Of a DNA stretch of 55,857 bases, positions 34,801 to 44,084 are shown piece after piece; position 1 is the stretch's first letter; each line of letters begins with the position of its first letter. The stretch spans positions 1 through 55,857 of the IMG/VR virus record IMGVR_UViG_3300029309_000050. One strand, 5' to 3'. The notes below the pieces were generated by a model. It was not told the origin of the DNA. It did not search any database and saw only the letters and a program-made list of their open reading frames with translations. The position numbers and the translations under genes were made by a program. The DNA comes from a virus (taxonomy: Duplodnaviria; Caudoviricetes).

Positions 34801-35250
34801 CCCTATACCAATATTTTCTTCAGATAAAGTTGGTTCATCAGGTTGCGTAATTGCATCAAAAGCCCCTACAAAACCTCGACCTACTTCTTTTGCTGCTGGT
34901 TTACCTACATTTTCAAAAGCTATATTTGTAATAGCCTGCACTGGGCCACCAACAGGGTTACCTATTCCTCTTAATCCAGGTATAATATAATTCTGTCCTA
35001 CAGGAGAGTTAATTATTTCTTTTAATACACCCGAAAAACCACCGTCCGATTGTGATTCCGTATTTTCTTTCGTCGGCCCACTCTCTAGGCCTTGCTGAAA
35101 AAAATTAGCAGTATATTCGTCATTATATTCTATTTCTTTAAGTCCCTTAGACTGCATTTGTGCTAGATAAGCATCAAACTCCATCTCATATGCTTGTGCC
35201 GCTTGCTGTAACTCAGCTAGCGAATATAATTTTCCATTGTATTCGTACAT
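28855..35250 (-). CDS. Giant internal virion/ejection polyvalent protein (zincin, sigma-region-2-like and PD-(D/E)xK-like segments)
   Basis: 2131 aa, last of three ejection-type genes after the muzzle; HEILH motif, sigma2-like block, G.TFE...D...VEVK motif, helical C-terminus. Confidence 0.7.
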   Translation of the reverse strand: MYEYNGKLYSLAELQQAAQAYEMEFDAYLAQMQSKGLKEIEYNDEYTANFFQQGLESGPTKENTESQSDGGFSGVLKEIINSPVGQNYIIPGLRGIGNPVGGPVQAITNIAFENVGKPAAKEVGRGFVGAFDAITQPDEPTLSEENIGIGYAATRGLIEDPRGFFNNAVEALPKFADTSLEMVFDNMNDLKEMGAIYGLSWYTQYKAGKSKLSANEKRMIGIIAKQAIKAQDKLYESTGLGPLGAFSGLTSRENIDKAQEYLKGHIKQHNTTITEEIAKGMDADWATIGGRIFADGIGSLPYTLASMNPYTAAAMGIGLGADKFIQEFEKDPDKSLFRLGINAAGTGAIEVADAYLTRRFLRSANVLGGSGKKAAEKAVNEMQKGLRDKVIDVIGVGLKEGATEIGQAILTRINDRMTFDSKFENGKLTFNKGSIFGEIDENGNIVKGSILKDIYSIIDEGIIGTFTGGGVTTVGKTLQSNQTLYTRAQELMMPATVREKRNALLKEYNDRLEKIKQLKGKDKDGKQIGPAGNPNVISALKGRNTIVLKKLNEIQIANRLILENITGVDLQKYSQNVDAINALIKENKTKDITTIAGLDKVIQKEINELVEENNNIFNTALTKNYGENITFAEVAAKQLGFKKIKRAKNTNEFNKIVKDLSGQTIKDSSGVNGVFIGKGQIVINEDVALKLGAVGVGSHEILHPILNAMIGNTQAQQTIVEDFRNTLTRRQRRWTDNEMERQNKVKGTSEYYQEYITVFSEGLAKPGSGLTFDLNFGESIKEFLTSLYKGKGFKNIDFRSGRGVYNFLKAYDKSIKDGKLNKDVLGALDLKAVKEAKAIGDNIQKSEISNKIQNIYETKGFDGALDIINEYEGMANKHAQRFRDVPGFATMKDILVDDILTGRRGVIDLIRSYNPGSGVPLAAYINKFLPSRVIEIANRNLDTNFAVDITEQKNISGAITTSEVQEQEQRPSLRLSLNLTQDVIDKVRDAVIKTFGTRLPDIASNQFKKKLISNYKTFLKPTINSVLGTDQSYRNFLDNNFKLIYDILPQSTINRRFAPFAEPVVDENGKQLRERTQQGNKIFKKKKITKQEFIDYFIGPEVKASTRGARKTALSESLAQEIAFDATLDVLRNPAILEKVKVVASMQEIDIADNYLSQVASKIDRGVDFQFSKEANNAQLLYEIRRAILDNTIQEKFPNVYKQIVNEAKRLGLNVPKAFKGVTFEAFQVKVINDKASDILTARGDGKMGPTGTDIRLIIETKNQGKISIPVEVKLNGSDQAGSGSIKVDELGNFTVTNKQLFSMLPDVAANLDIYIKMHERAEEIQGEEIPFKFPQTEYDLDTWNILKKEFSGRKRNQRIVFEDASKITKFYRDKGIEYIYIGNKGLYYMGQGQSKLNVPVFNAKAGVYISLRSSGTRADGKVTLVLRGSNFLVNKGKDLDASILFSRPDFEKATGMLDFSKESQKLDIEFNNIIEQSTGIDAAAVISPVIGRKRGKRAKTGIMNMFIPYGAEDFQGLMYQVLPKGEQGNKAFAWMKNNLFRPFGIANENIDNERAALMSRWKELKKKISNVPKQLRNKTPDGVFTFEDAIRVYIWNKQGMDIPGLTKSDNKMLNKYVFDNKELRDFARQLLVINGPAGYVKPSAAWDVGNITLDLQTNIQTNVREYHLKKWQENINAIFTQENYNKLEAAFGANYVDALQNILKRMKTGNNRLTTGNKSIDNYLIWLNSAVGNIMFLNRRSSVLQLISNVNYINWSDNNILRAGAAFANQPQYWKDFVTIFNSSYLQNRRGGNRININENEIAEMANKGGVQGAISYLLDKGFILTRIADSFAIASGGATMYRNRIKTYEKQGLSEQEAQEKAFTDFRELTEEAQQSSRPDRISAQQASIGGRILLAFANTPMQYNRLMKRAIQDLANGRGDWKTNMSKIAYYGFVQNFFFNAMQQALIAMGFDDDVDTERERQKYADIANQMADSILRGSGFMGNFAAVGKNMIRDVIRKSELSNPKYFEVADNIFDVSPPVSSKYKKLREAGYTFSYEMKKIKSEGLSFENPANMAIAKLAAAGTNIPFDRAVQTMDDVMYMSRADVEFWKKIMIALGWPAWQLDVDLNKKEKRKNPWGKNTWGKKSW

Positions 35251-35279
35251 AGTTTAATTTTTTCAATTAACATTTATTT

Positions 35280-36719
35280 TTATCTATTTGGATTTAAATC
35301 CGGATCTACCGCTATTATAGGCTGCCTTCCCGCCTTCATACCACTTACGTTTCTTAATGTTGCTAAACCAAAATTAACATCATATCCAGCAAGTATTAAC
35401 GGCATACTTTCAGTAAGCGACGCAACTGTTTTGTCATCTGAATTAACTTTAAATCCAGTTGCATTAATTCCATCAGGTATAACAGGTGTTAAAATTATTC
35501 CAGCTCCAGAAGCCGCATTTATTGCTTTTTGATATTGTGCTGGAGTCATATAAACTTGCTCCTTTTTCTTTGTTATATTATTAGGATTATTAAAAAATTT
35601 AGCAAGCTCAGTAATTTTAGCTTTATATTTTTCAGCATTTAAAAGAGCATATTTTCTATTTTCTTCACTAACTAATGTTCTTTCTTCAGTAGAGGTTTTT
35701 CTTTTATTTATTTTACTACCTATAGCTATACCAGCAAACTCATCTGTTATTTCATTAACTAACGTAGATTTTAATTCTTGTATTTGTTCTTCGCTACCTG
35801 TCCAACTGCCAAGTTCTTTTTTGATATTATCTTCGTAATATATTCTTTTTTGTTTTGCATCTAAAGTTGATAAAATAGCATCGCCTTTTGTATTTAAAAG
35901 AAACTGATTGATTTCATTTTTTTTGTTTATATCAATAAACTCTTGTTCTTTGTTGTCTTCAACATCGTTAAAAACAGTAAAACCTTGAGTTACAATATCT
36001 TTTTTTAAATCATTTTTTAATTTATTTAAATTAGGATTAGCCGCATTAATATAAGCTAATTCTGGCGTATATAATTTAGTATTTTGTAATAACTGCGTTA
36101 AGGGGGTATCTACAACTGCATATTCTTTTATTTCTTCACCAGTACCCATAGCGGATTGATACATGGGTAACTCAACATCAAACCCGTCTTCATAGTTTCC
36201 TTTTATTTTAAATTTACCATCTACTAAAGCTTGTAACTTAATATTAGCATCAAAAGCATCTGGATTATTCCTTAATTGTAAATCATCAATATCTTGACCA
36301 TTATTTACTTTACTTAAATCAGTAACTAAACCGCTTAATTGTTTTAATTGAGATAATAATCCTTGAGAAGCGCTTACTCTTTTTGTATAATCATCTAAAC
36401 TTATTTGTTTTAACGCAAATAATCTTTCTGTTTCTCCTCTAAATTGTTTTTGTTGAATTAAAAATGCTTTATTTTCTTCAGTAGCTGATTTTAAATAAGC
36501 ATCAGTTGCAGCTTGAAATTGAATTTGAGCTTTTGCAGAAGCTAAGTTAGCTGCATCTTCTTTTTTTCGTTTTTCCTGTGTTTGCCTAACAATTTCTTTT
36601 ACACCCGTTGTTATTCCTTGAGCTATACCTGCTCCAAATCCACCTGTAAATCTTATAGGTGTTGGGTTAGAATATTGTCCGTAATTATATTTTCCGTATG
36701 ATACTACTGGTAAACTCAT
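35280..36719 (-). CDS. Internal virion/ejection protein
   Basis: Helical, 479 aa; position between small and giant ejection proteins. Confidence 0.55.
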   Translation of the reverse strand: MSLPVVSYGKYNYGQYSNPTPIRFTGGFGAGIAQGITTGVKEIVRQTQEKRKKEDAANLASAKAQIQFQAATDAYLKSATEENKAFLIQQKQFRGETERLFALKQISLDDYTKRVSASQGLLSQLKQLSGLVTDLSKVNNGQDIDDLQLRNNPDAFDANIKLQALVDGKFKIKGNYEDGFDVELPMYQSAMGTGEEIKEYAVVDTPLTQLLQNTKLYTPELAYINAANPNLNKLKNDLKKDIVTQGFTVFNDVEDNKEQEFIDINKKNEINQFLLNTKGDAILSTLDAKQKRIYYEDNIKKELGSWTGSEEQIQELKSTLVNEITDEFAGIAIGSKINKRKTSTEERTLVSEENRKYALLNAEKYKAKITELAKFFNNPNNITKKKEQVYMTPAQYQKAINAASGAGIILTPVIPDGINATGFKVNSDDKTVASLTESMPLILAGYDVNFGLATLRNVSGMKAGRQPIIAVDPDLNPNR

Positions 36720-37558
36720 AATTTTATTTGTTTAAATTCAACATCCAATTTTGAATAATCTACTCTATCAAAACCATCAACATGTTTTATTACAGCGTAC
36801 TGTGGTATTTCATCCGACATAACACCTTGATAAACACCTTTACCAAATATTTTATTAATATATTCAAAGCTATATATTTTTAATCCGCTAGGAGATAATT
36901 TTAAAAATTTAATATTTTGTTTTAATCTTCTGTCTGAACCGGCACCACCGCCTCCACCAGCACCACCAAATGTTACAGCGCTTGCTAATCCACCTAATAC
37001 AGCGCCTGTACTCGCACCCATTTGTGTTAATGCATTCATTCTTTGTTGACCATATTGTTGGACCATTCCAGCTTGTCTTGAAATATCTGCAATATCTCTG
37101 CTTTCCTGTGCTTGAAATTGAAATGTTCTACCTAATATGTCTGCTTGTTGCATTCTTTGAGCTTCAGCCATTCTTCTTTGTTGAGCTGTTTGTTCGCCTT
37201 GTGCCCTTAATCTTGCGTTTTGAGCTTCTTGTTGTTCAATTGTTGCTGCAATGCCTTGCTGACTTCTTAATGCTGCTTGAGCTAATGCTGTTGCGCCTGC
37301 TGAGCCTGCACCCGTAGCCCTTAAAGTATCTAATGTACTGGCTAAAGCTATATCAGCTTCTTCTGCCTGCATTTCAGCAGCACCTGTAGCAACTTGTAAA
37401 TTAGCAAAAGGATTGCTAATCATATTGCTTAAATCCGTTACATTTGAATAAGGATTTATTATTTCTTGCCTATTAGCAATAGATCTATTTAAATCTTGCT
37501 GGGCACTTTTCTGAGCTTTTCTTGCTTTACCCGCAGCTATTGCACTAAATACTGCCAT
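36716..37558 (-). CDS. Ejection protein with C-terminal S74-like chaperone/autocleavage domain
   Basis: Ala/Gln-rich helix, GGAGGGGGAG linker, SDRRLKQNI...GVMSDEI...VDYSKL. Confidence 0.7.
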   Translation of the reverse strand: MAVFSAIAAGKARKAQKSAQQDLNRSIANRQEIINPYSNVTDLSNMISNPFANLQVATGAAEMQAEEADIALASTLDTLRATGAGSAGATALAQAALRSQQGIAATIEQQEAQNARLRAQGEQTAQQRRMAEAQRMQQADILGRTFQFQAQESRDIADISRQAGMVQQYGQQRMNALTQMGASTGAVLGGLASAVTFGGAGGGGGAGSDRRLKQNIKFLKLSPSGLKIYSFEYINKIFGKGVYQGVMSDEIPQYAVIKHVDGFDRVDYSKLDVEFKQIKL

Positions 37559-37559
37559 A

Positions 37560-37958
37560 TTATAAATTTTTAATTATTTCGTGTGAAGGAATTTTATCTA
37601 TTTCCCATTCTAATTCTTTATGTACATTTAATAAATTTTTATGACGTACAAAAGAAAACACATGTTTTATTCCTTGTCCTTTTAAAACGTTCTCTGTGGC
37701 TTGAATTAACAGCGTTATCGCGTCTTTTCTGTCACTTTCTCTGTATTCTGGGTTAGATATAACCCAATCAAATAAAGCGGCCTTAGAATTGGTCATATAA
37801 ATATAACCTGCAACTATACCAATACCATTTTTTTCTACTATAAGGCCTGTATCTGGTAATAGTGTTAAAGGCGGAGCTTGCCAACCCGGCCACCAATCCC
37901 ACCATTTAACTAATGTTTTGTAATCTGACTTATTAAGTCTGCGTATATTTAATTCCAT
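37560..37958 (-). CDS. GNAT-like acetyltransferase
   Basis: IRRL...DY..LVKWW...DWVISNPEYR...LLI pattern. Confidence 0.6.
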   Translation of the reverse strand: MELNIRRLNKSDYKTLVKWWDWWPGWQAPPLTLLPDTGLIVEKNGIGIVAGYIYMTNSKAALFDWVISNPEYRESDRKDAITLLIQATENVLKGQGIKHVFSFVRHKNLLNVHKELEWEIDKIPSHEIIKNL

Positions 37959-39251
37959 TTAACTTGATTGTACTATATTATGTGAAACCACAAATAATTC
38001 AACTTCATTTTCTGTTGTTGAGTTTTGCATTTTTACAGTTGTAAAAAATCCTTTTATACCTGAAGGATTTAATGATAAACCAGCATCACCTGTTATTTGT
38101 CCTTTTACGGCTGTTATTGTGCCATTATTCATTAAATGAGCATAATATTTATTTTCTTTTTTAACAAATCTAGGCAATATATCACCAGATAATGCAGTTG
38201 ATGAGCCATCTTGTGACGTTTCATTATTACCATAAATTTTAAAAGCTTTCATGCCTAAGTCTGTTTCAGATGATTGCATTCTCCAATTGGCGTCACCTTC
38301 ATAGTTTATTGTATTAAAGTTTTTAACCATCGATGGATCTGTATTAGAAACAAATGTTATAGTTGATGGAAAATTAAATCCATAAAAGCTATTATAAGCA
38401 TTACTTCCTTCGTTTGAATAATGCTTCCATATATTATCGCTATTAATTGTAAAGAAATCTTTATTTAAACTAAAACCAAAGTCAGGTCTATAGTTATAAA
38501 AACTTGTCCAACCTTTAGTTGATTCATCATATGCTAATGTATCAAATCCAGATTTTGATGAACTATTTGTAACATCAATTTCGGTTCCTTGTAAAGATAT
38601 AACATATGTATCAGAAGCATCATCATATGCGCCAACAATTTTATCCGCTAATTTTAAAGTATCTTTAAAATAATCTCGCATACCCGCGTTTGATATTTCA
38701 GTTAAGCCATCTCTTGATAATCTTAATACAGCGCCTCTATTTTTATCTGCGAAGTATTTTCTATTGCCTTTAAATGAAAAACTTTCAGCATTTTGTGTTC
38801 CGTATTTACCTAAATAAGGCACTATCTGCCCTATAACCTCCGCCCCCGACGCTGTTAATCTACCGCCTTCAGCCGTAAATAAAGCATCTTTATCTATTAA
38901 AGCATAACTAACTTTATCTTGTTGTAATATATTTAAATTAGTATCTTCAGCAAAAAGTTTTTCTATAGCTCCATCAGCTGGATTTACAGCTCTTGTTATT
39001 TTTTCACCTGCACTAAAAACATTAGTTCTATTTATTTCTGTTCTTGAATTATATATACCAGAATATATTAAAGCATTTGATCTTCTATTTTCTGCATAGT
39101 TTTCATTTACTAAATGTGCTTTAGGCCCAATACTAACAAAATCTTCATTAAACCCTCCTTTAATTCTAGACTCTTCTATATGTATATTATTAACAGATTC
39201 TGAGCGTAAAATAAAGGTGTTAAAAAATTGAACTTCAACTGTATGTGGCAT
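37959..39251 (-). CDS. Tail muzzle/stabilisation protein, C-terminal half
   Basis: IEESRIKGG, LIYSGIYNSRT, YFADKNRGAVLRLSRDGLTEIS, GWTSFY, KNFNTINYEG, KKENKYY. Confidence 0.7.
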   Translation of the reverse strand: MPHTVEVQFFNTFILRSESVNNIHIEESRIKGGFNEDFVSIGPKAHLVNENYAENRRSNALIYSGIYNSRTEINRTNVFSAGEKITRAVNPADGAIEKLFAEDTNLNILQQDKVSYALIDKDALFTAEGGRLTASGAEVIGQIVPYLGKYGTQNAESFSFKGNRKYFADKNRGAVLRLSRDGLTEISNAGMRDYFKDTLKLADKIVGAYDDASDTYVISLQGTEIDVTNSSSKSGFDTLAYDESTKGWTSFYNYRPDFGFSLNKDFFTINSDNIWKHYSNEGSNAYNSFYGFNFPSTITFVSNTDPSMVKNFNTINYEGDANWRMQSSETDLGMKAFKIYGNNETSQDGSSTALSGDILPRFVKKENKYYAHLMNNGTITAVKGQITGDAGLSLNPSGIKGFFTTVKMQNSTTENEVELFVVSHNIVQSS

Positions 39252-39254
39252 ACT

Positions 39255-39267
39255 ATTATTATTACAT
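39255..39267 (-). promoter_or_regulatory. Motif B promoter candidate (ATGTAATAATAAT)
   Basis: In 30-nt gap between the two muzzle ORFs. Confidence 0.45.
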
Positions 39268-39281
39268 AAATTATTAATTTT

Positions 39282-42200
39282 TTACTCTGGACATAATTGG
39301 CCAACTACTGATACAACACCTGAACTATTTATAGTGACTATATAACCACCAGTTCCAACAGAAGGGCCAACTCTATAATGAGCTCCTTGCCCGTTAAATG
39401 GACTATTTAAAAATATAGTTGTATGAACAACATCCCCATCGTCAGGTGTGCTAGTTCCGTTTGTATCATTAAAAAATACAGTTTGATTTGCGCTATCATT
39501 ACAAGCGTCGGCAAACGAAGTACTTCCTGGTGATCTAAAAAACGCAGTAGATACAGCTGAGCTAACATTAATAGTTAAAGCCGCGTCATTTGTTAATCCG
39601 CCAACATCTGTTGCTCTTAATGTTAAAACATATGCACCAGTTGGTAATGTGCTAGGAATTGTTGTTATTACTCCCGTTGTAGAATTTATAGAAAAATTAT
39701 TTGATGCGCTTCCGCTTAAAGTTTCACTTACTTTTGAAAAAGTTAAATTGTTAGTTTGAGCACTTGTTTTAGCTGTACCATTTACGGCAGTCACTGTTCT
39801 TACTTGAGTATTAGCAGGGACTCTATTTAAACTCATCGGCGTGGAACCAATTGATATGGCAGGCGCTACGTTAGCAACAGACATAGAAATATTTTTTTCT
39901 GTAAATTTAGTAGCGTCGCTATTATCTACAACTTTTATTCTAATTGTATAATTATCAGTATTAGAATTAGTAAATTCGAATAACTCATTAGTCTTTAAGC
40001 TTGTTCCTGTAATTGTAAAAGCACCGGATCTATCTGTATTGTTTGCGTCAACAATAGATATTATAGAAAATGTACCAGTTACATTTTGACCTTGAGTATC
40101 TGTTGCGGATAATGTAGCTATTGTTGTACCTGAGGTAACTGATTCATTAAAAGAATTACTAGTAACAGCTATACTCTGAGGAACAGCTTCTAGTGATAAT
40201 GATACTGCCTCTGCTAAATAATCTAATCGACCTGCTGTTGATGTTTCAAAATAAATATCTAAAACAGATATAAAAGGATTAGTTTCAAATACAACTAAGT
40301 TATCTCTTACGGTTCCTACACCAGCATAATTAACGCCTAGCCCATCTTCAAGCTCACCTAATAAAGGATTCTTTTTAGCTAAATAAAATTCATTATTTAT
40401 TGTGCTATTAGTATTTTGTTCAAACCCTTGATCACTCAAAGTACCTATAGAAATAACGTCTTTAAATTCAGTTCCGCTTTGTTGCGTTTGTGTTCCGGCT
40501 GTATCGATTATTTTAGGCAATAATTTTGCTTGAGAGCCCTGTGTTCCGTCTTCTTCATTTAAATCTGTAACATCTCTAGGAACTTTATTAACATTGTCCC
40601 CATGTAACACTATCCAAGACCTTGTTTCATTCGAAGGCGTGCCGTCAACAATTGTTGGTGCATATACATTATAATATTGTAATTGTGTTTGTTTAACAAC
40701 AAACTTATAAGAATACCAACCTAACGGATTAGTATTTTCATTATAAAAATCTTCATCGTCTAATAATTGATTAAAATCAACTTTTATAACGCTGTGTTTC
40801 CAAGAATCTTGTCCATTAGTAACAGTTCCTGTTTTAGGCTCTACAAACGTTGTTGATTTATCTGGTAAAAATACACTTGATTGTCTTCCATATCTATCAG
40901 AAAAAACAATACCTAAAGAATATTCTCTATTAGATTTTACAGAAGATAATAAATATTGATCATTATAACTACGATGCTGAGGTTGAAAATGAGAACTTTG
41001 ATCTCCACTTTTAACTTCAAAAGCGCTAGATTTTAATACGTTATTTAATCCTCTATTTTGTAAAAAATTACCATATATAATTCTATTTCCTGAAACTTCT
41101 TGAGTTTTTGCTTTTATAGGTATAATATCTGAAACTCTTATTAGTTCAGATTCAGGTAATGTTTGTACAGGTTTTGTTGATTCATAAATAAACTCATAAA
41201 CATAAGATAACTTAGCTGAATTAGTTGTTAGTTTTTCAGCTCTATATGTTATTTCACTATCTTGAGGGAAATCAATAGTATCTACAACTTTTATAGCAGG
41301 GCTATTTGATTCAGAATATAATATTTGTATTTTTTTAATTTTTAATGGATTACCATATGATGCTATATTATTAAAAAAGTATAATCTAGTATTGTTAACT
41401 ATAGATGGACTTATAGCTGTTGTTGTTGTTAATGTTGTGCTTTTATTTCCGCCATTAACTACATAAGTATCACCTCTTTCTGTAACTAGTGTATCTGTAT
41501 CTGCTATAGTGCCATTAACTTCATCTATAGTTTGACTGGTTCCAGATAGTATGCCATTGGCGTTACAAGAAGCGTGATTTGATTTTTCAACATTACAAGG
41601 TAAAGTTATTTTTAAATGTACTTTGTTCGCAAGATTTTGCATAACATTTACAGTTGTTTGCTTTACAATATTATCTTCATCTGCAGAAGTTAATAAACCA
41701 GCTTCATCATTGCCAATACCAAAAGCACCTAATTGCATGCTTTTGCCAAAACCCGGATGAAAACACGTTTGAGTAAATGGAGATATTAATGAATATTCAT
41801 TATTTTCATATTGAAACCTATATGCAAATTTTACAAATTTATCTTCTATATGTTCGCTTTTTATATTTGTATCAACAGCTAAAGCAACTGTTGGTGCGTC
41901 GTATGGTGCAAATTGAGCAACGCTAATTTTATCTTCTAAATATTTATCATTATCATAATATTCATTTCCTGTACTATCTGGTTTTAAATTAGCTAAAGCT
42001 GTTTTTATATTTATTCTTCTTGGTTGATTATAATTGTCTGTCCAAAATAATAAATCATCAATTATATTAACATGTAATATCGGATGAATTTTTGAAAAGT
42101 TTAATCTAAAACTATTGACTAACAACACTGGTTGATTGCTGCTGCCAACTTTATAATAATATATTCTACACAACTTATTACTAGCCGCTACTGTAAAGTT

Positions 42201-42491
42201 TTTTGTTTCATCTGAGGTAGTTCCAGTAAAATTAGTTACAAACCAAAATATCTCACCAGTAATACTATGAGCATAGTACCCTATAGTATCAACATCTGCG
42301 CCTAAGCTTAAAACACCGCTTGAGTATAAATAATCGTTTCCTTTTATACTTTGAACGGTGCCTACATTAGAACTATCAGATTTTGCTACAGTAATATTAA
42401 ATGCTTCTCTATATTGTCCATTAGGTAATATTCTATCATCAAGGTCTCTATTCATTTTACCTTGAAGAAAATTATTCTTTATTTCTGGCAT
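39282..42491 (-). CDS. Tail muzzle/stabilisation protein, N-terminal part with cadherin/Ig-like extension
   Basis: MPEIKNNFLQGKMNRDLDDR..PNGQYR, LLFWTDNYNQPRRIN, FAYRFQYEN.EYS, GNRIIYGN, DRYGRQS, LDIYFET; cadherin-like repeats (LSATDTQG, LRATDVGG). Confidence 0.75.
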   Translation of the reverse strand: MPEIKNNFLQGKMNRDLDDRILPNGQYREAFNITVAKSDSSNVGTVQSIKGNDYLYSSGVLSLGADVDTIGYYAHSITGEIFWFVTNFTGTTSDETKNFTVAASNKLCRIYYYKVGSSNQPVLLVNSFRLNFSKIHPILHVNIIDDLLFWTDNYNQPRRINIKTALANLKPDSTGNEYYDNDKYLEDKISVAQFAPYDAPTVALAVDTNIKSEHIEDKFVKFAYRFQYENNEYSLISPFTQTCFHPGFGKSMQLGAFGIGNDEAGLLTSADEDNIVKQTTVNVMQNLANKVHLKITLPCNVEKSNHASCNANGILSGTSQTIDEVNGTIADTDTLVTERGDTYVVNGGNKSTTLTTTTAISPSIVNNTRLYFFNNIASYGNPLKIKKIQILYSESNSPAIKVVDTIDFPQDSEITYRAEKLTTNSAKLSYVYEFIYESTKPVQTLPESELIRVSDIIPIKAKTQEVSGNRIIYGNFLQNRGLNNVLKSSAFEVKSGDQSSHFQPQHRSYNDQYLLSSVKSNREYSLGIVFSDRYGRQSSVFLPDKSTTFVEPKTGTVTNGQDSWKHSVIKVDFNQLLDDEDFYNENTNPLGWYSYKFVVKQTQLQYYNVYAPTIVDGTPSNETRSWIVLHGDNVNKVPRDVTDLNEEDGTQGSQAKLLPKIIDTAGTQTQQSGTEFKDVISIGTLSDQGFEQNTNSTINNEFYLAKKNPLLGELEDGLGVNYAGVGTVRDNLVVFETNPFISVLDIYFETSTAGRLDYLAEAVSLSLEAVPQSIAVTSNSFNESVTSGTTIATLSATDTQGQNVTGTFSIISIVDANNTDRSGAFTITGTSLKTNELFEFTNSNTDNYTIRIKVVDNSDATKFTEKNISMSVANVAPAISIGSTPMSLNRVPANTQVRTVTAVNGTAKTSAQTNNLTFSKVSETLSGSASNNFSINSTTGVITTIPSTLPTGAYVLTLRATDVGGLTNDAALTINVSSAVSTAFFRSPGSTSFADACNDSANQTVFFNDTNGTSTPDDGDVVHTTIFLNSPFNGQGAHYRVGPSVGTGGYIVTINSSGVVSVVGQLCPE

Positions 42492-42511
42492 ATTAATATT
42501 ATATATATGTT

Positions 42512-42961
42512 TTATTTTTTAAAAGTAAAATATCCTGAAGAAGATTTTTTAAGATTAGGATTATTCCTCATTTGTTTTTCTACATTTTTAAAAAACGATT
42601 CTGGCATTTTAGTTACTTTTTCTCTAGTAGTTTTTCTGCTAGATTTAACTTGTTGAGTAAAACTTTTTGGATTTTGCATTAATTTTTTTACTTGTTGACT
42701 AATCCCGCTAAATATATTTCTACCCACAAAACCTGATCTTGATAAATATTGTCCCGGAGTTCTAGAAAAAGCTTTTACTATATTAGATACTCTACCGAAA
42801 CCAGGAGCAGTACCTCCTTTAAATTTAGGCATATTAGAAGTATTGATTCTAGCATAACCTTCTTGTACAGTTTTTCTATTACCAGATTGTCCGCTGTAAT
42901 TTAAGGGCTTTTTTGTATTGTACATTTTTTCTGCACTTGTTTTTTTAGGAAATATTGGCAT
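42512..42961 (-). CDS. Basic hypothetical protein
   Basis: Lys/Ser-rich ORF within structural operon. Confidence 0.55.
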   Translation of the reverse strand: MPIFPKKTSAEKMYNTKKPLNYSGQSGNRKTVQEGYARINTSNMPKFKGGTAPGFGRVSNIVKAFSRTPGQYLSRSGFVGRNIFSGISQQVKKLMQNPKSFTQQVKSSRKTTREKVTKMPESFFKNVEKQMRNNPNLKKSSSGYFTFKK

Positions 42962-42978
42962 AACTTTATTTTTTATGG

Positions 42979-44079
42979 TTATTTAATTATTTTAGATTTA
43001 CCTCTCATAACTTGAGTAAGTTCACCTATTTTTAAACTAGATAATCTTATTTTAGCATTTCTAGTTGCTGCTCTTCTTTCCTTTCTAAATCTGTTTATAA
43101 TATATTCGGGGAAAGCTTGCATTGTGCTTGCTATAGCATATGTTATATATTTATACATAGCGTCTTCAGCAAACTTATGTATTTTCATTTCGTCATCGGT
43201 ACCTAAACCGTCAGATACATATTTTAATGTAATATTTTTATTTACTAATTCACTACTAAAACCTATTTTTCCGTTTGCTTCGTCAATTATAAAAACACCA
43301 TTTTGTTGTGATAGCTCAGGTTCTAATCCGTATCTTTTTCCAAACTCTGTAATTCTTTCAGCTAAATAAGACCCACTAAAATTAACTTGTTCGTCATTAT
43401 ATGTTCCTGTTATATTACCGTGCTCAAAGTTTTTAAAATTTGTATCTGTTACAGGAGTACCTGTTAATAAACTACCGTCATTATCAAAAAGATAGTTATA
43501 ATCATCGTCTTGTAATATAGATTGAGATGGCTTAGATGTATATCTTGCTGGATAAATAATATGTTCAACACCGGCTTCATCTATAAATGATATTCTAACA
43601 TAATGAACATAATCATGGGGCATAGGTACTGATAAACTAGTTCCAACTTGCAGCTCTTGTATTTTTTCAACTCTAGATATATCATAAGCAAATTCTTGTA
43701 TACCTCTTTTTGCATGAAATAAAACATCTGTTCTTTTGCATGTAGGTATTAATTTACCATCTCCAACAAATGCGAACATATAATTATTAATAATATCCTG
43801 CAAAGATACATATCTATAATCACCGTGCTTTTGTTTTAATAATATAACTAAAACTATATCACCAGCCGTTCTTCCTGAACCAAATGTTATTTGACCATTA
43901 CCGGAGTTATATGTATATAGATCGTCATCAACTTCAGAGCCGTTTATACGAATAAGAAATTCTGATTCTGCTGTTGGTAAACTAGCAAACGTTAATGTAA
44001 AAACCGTTTGGTTAGATGTAGCGGTAAACTGTTGACTATTATTATAGTACTGACGATTTGTTTGTGTTATTAACCCCAT
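42979..44079 (-). CDS. Tail ring/tubular protein
   Basis: DVLFHAKRGIQEFAYD, PHDYVHYVRIS, YVSDG, HKFAEDA. Confidence 0.7.
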   Translation of the reverse strand: MGLITQTNRQYYNNSQQFTATSNQTVFTLTFASLPTAESEFLIRINGSEVDDDLYTYNSGNGQITFGSGRTAGDIVLVILLKQKHGDYRYVSLQDIINNYMFAFVGDGKLIPTCKRTDVLFHAKRGIQEFAYDISRVEKIQELQVGTSLSVPMPHDYVHYVRISFIDEAGVEHIIYPARYTSKPSQSILQDDDYNYLFDNDGSLLTGTPVTDTNFKNFEHGNITGTYNDEQVNFSGSYLAERITEFGKRYGLEPELSQQNGVFIIDEANGKIGFSSELVNKNITLKYVSDGLGTDDEMKIHKFAEDAMYKYITYAIASTMQAFPEYIINRFRKERRAATRNAKIRLSSLKIGELTQVMRGKSKIIK

Positions 44080-44084
44080 TTATT

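Noticed and set aside
28855-35250. Giant protein as a crAss-like virion RNA polymerase
   Set aside because: Size and position fit, but I found no DxDGD/DFDID-type catalytic motif; GFDDDVD lies in the helical C-terminus
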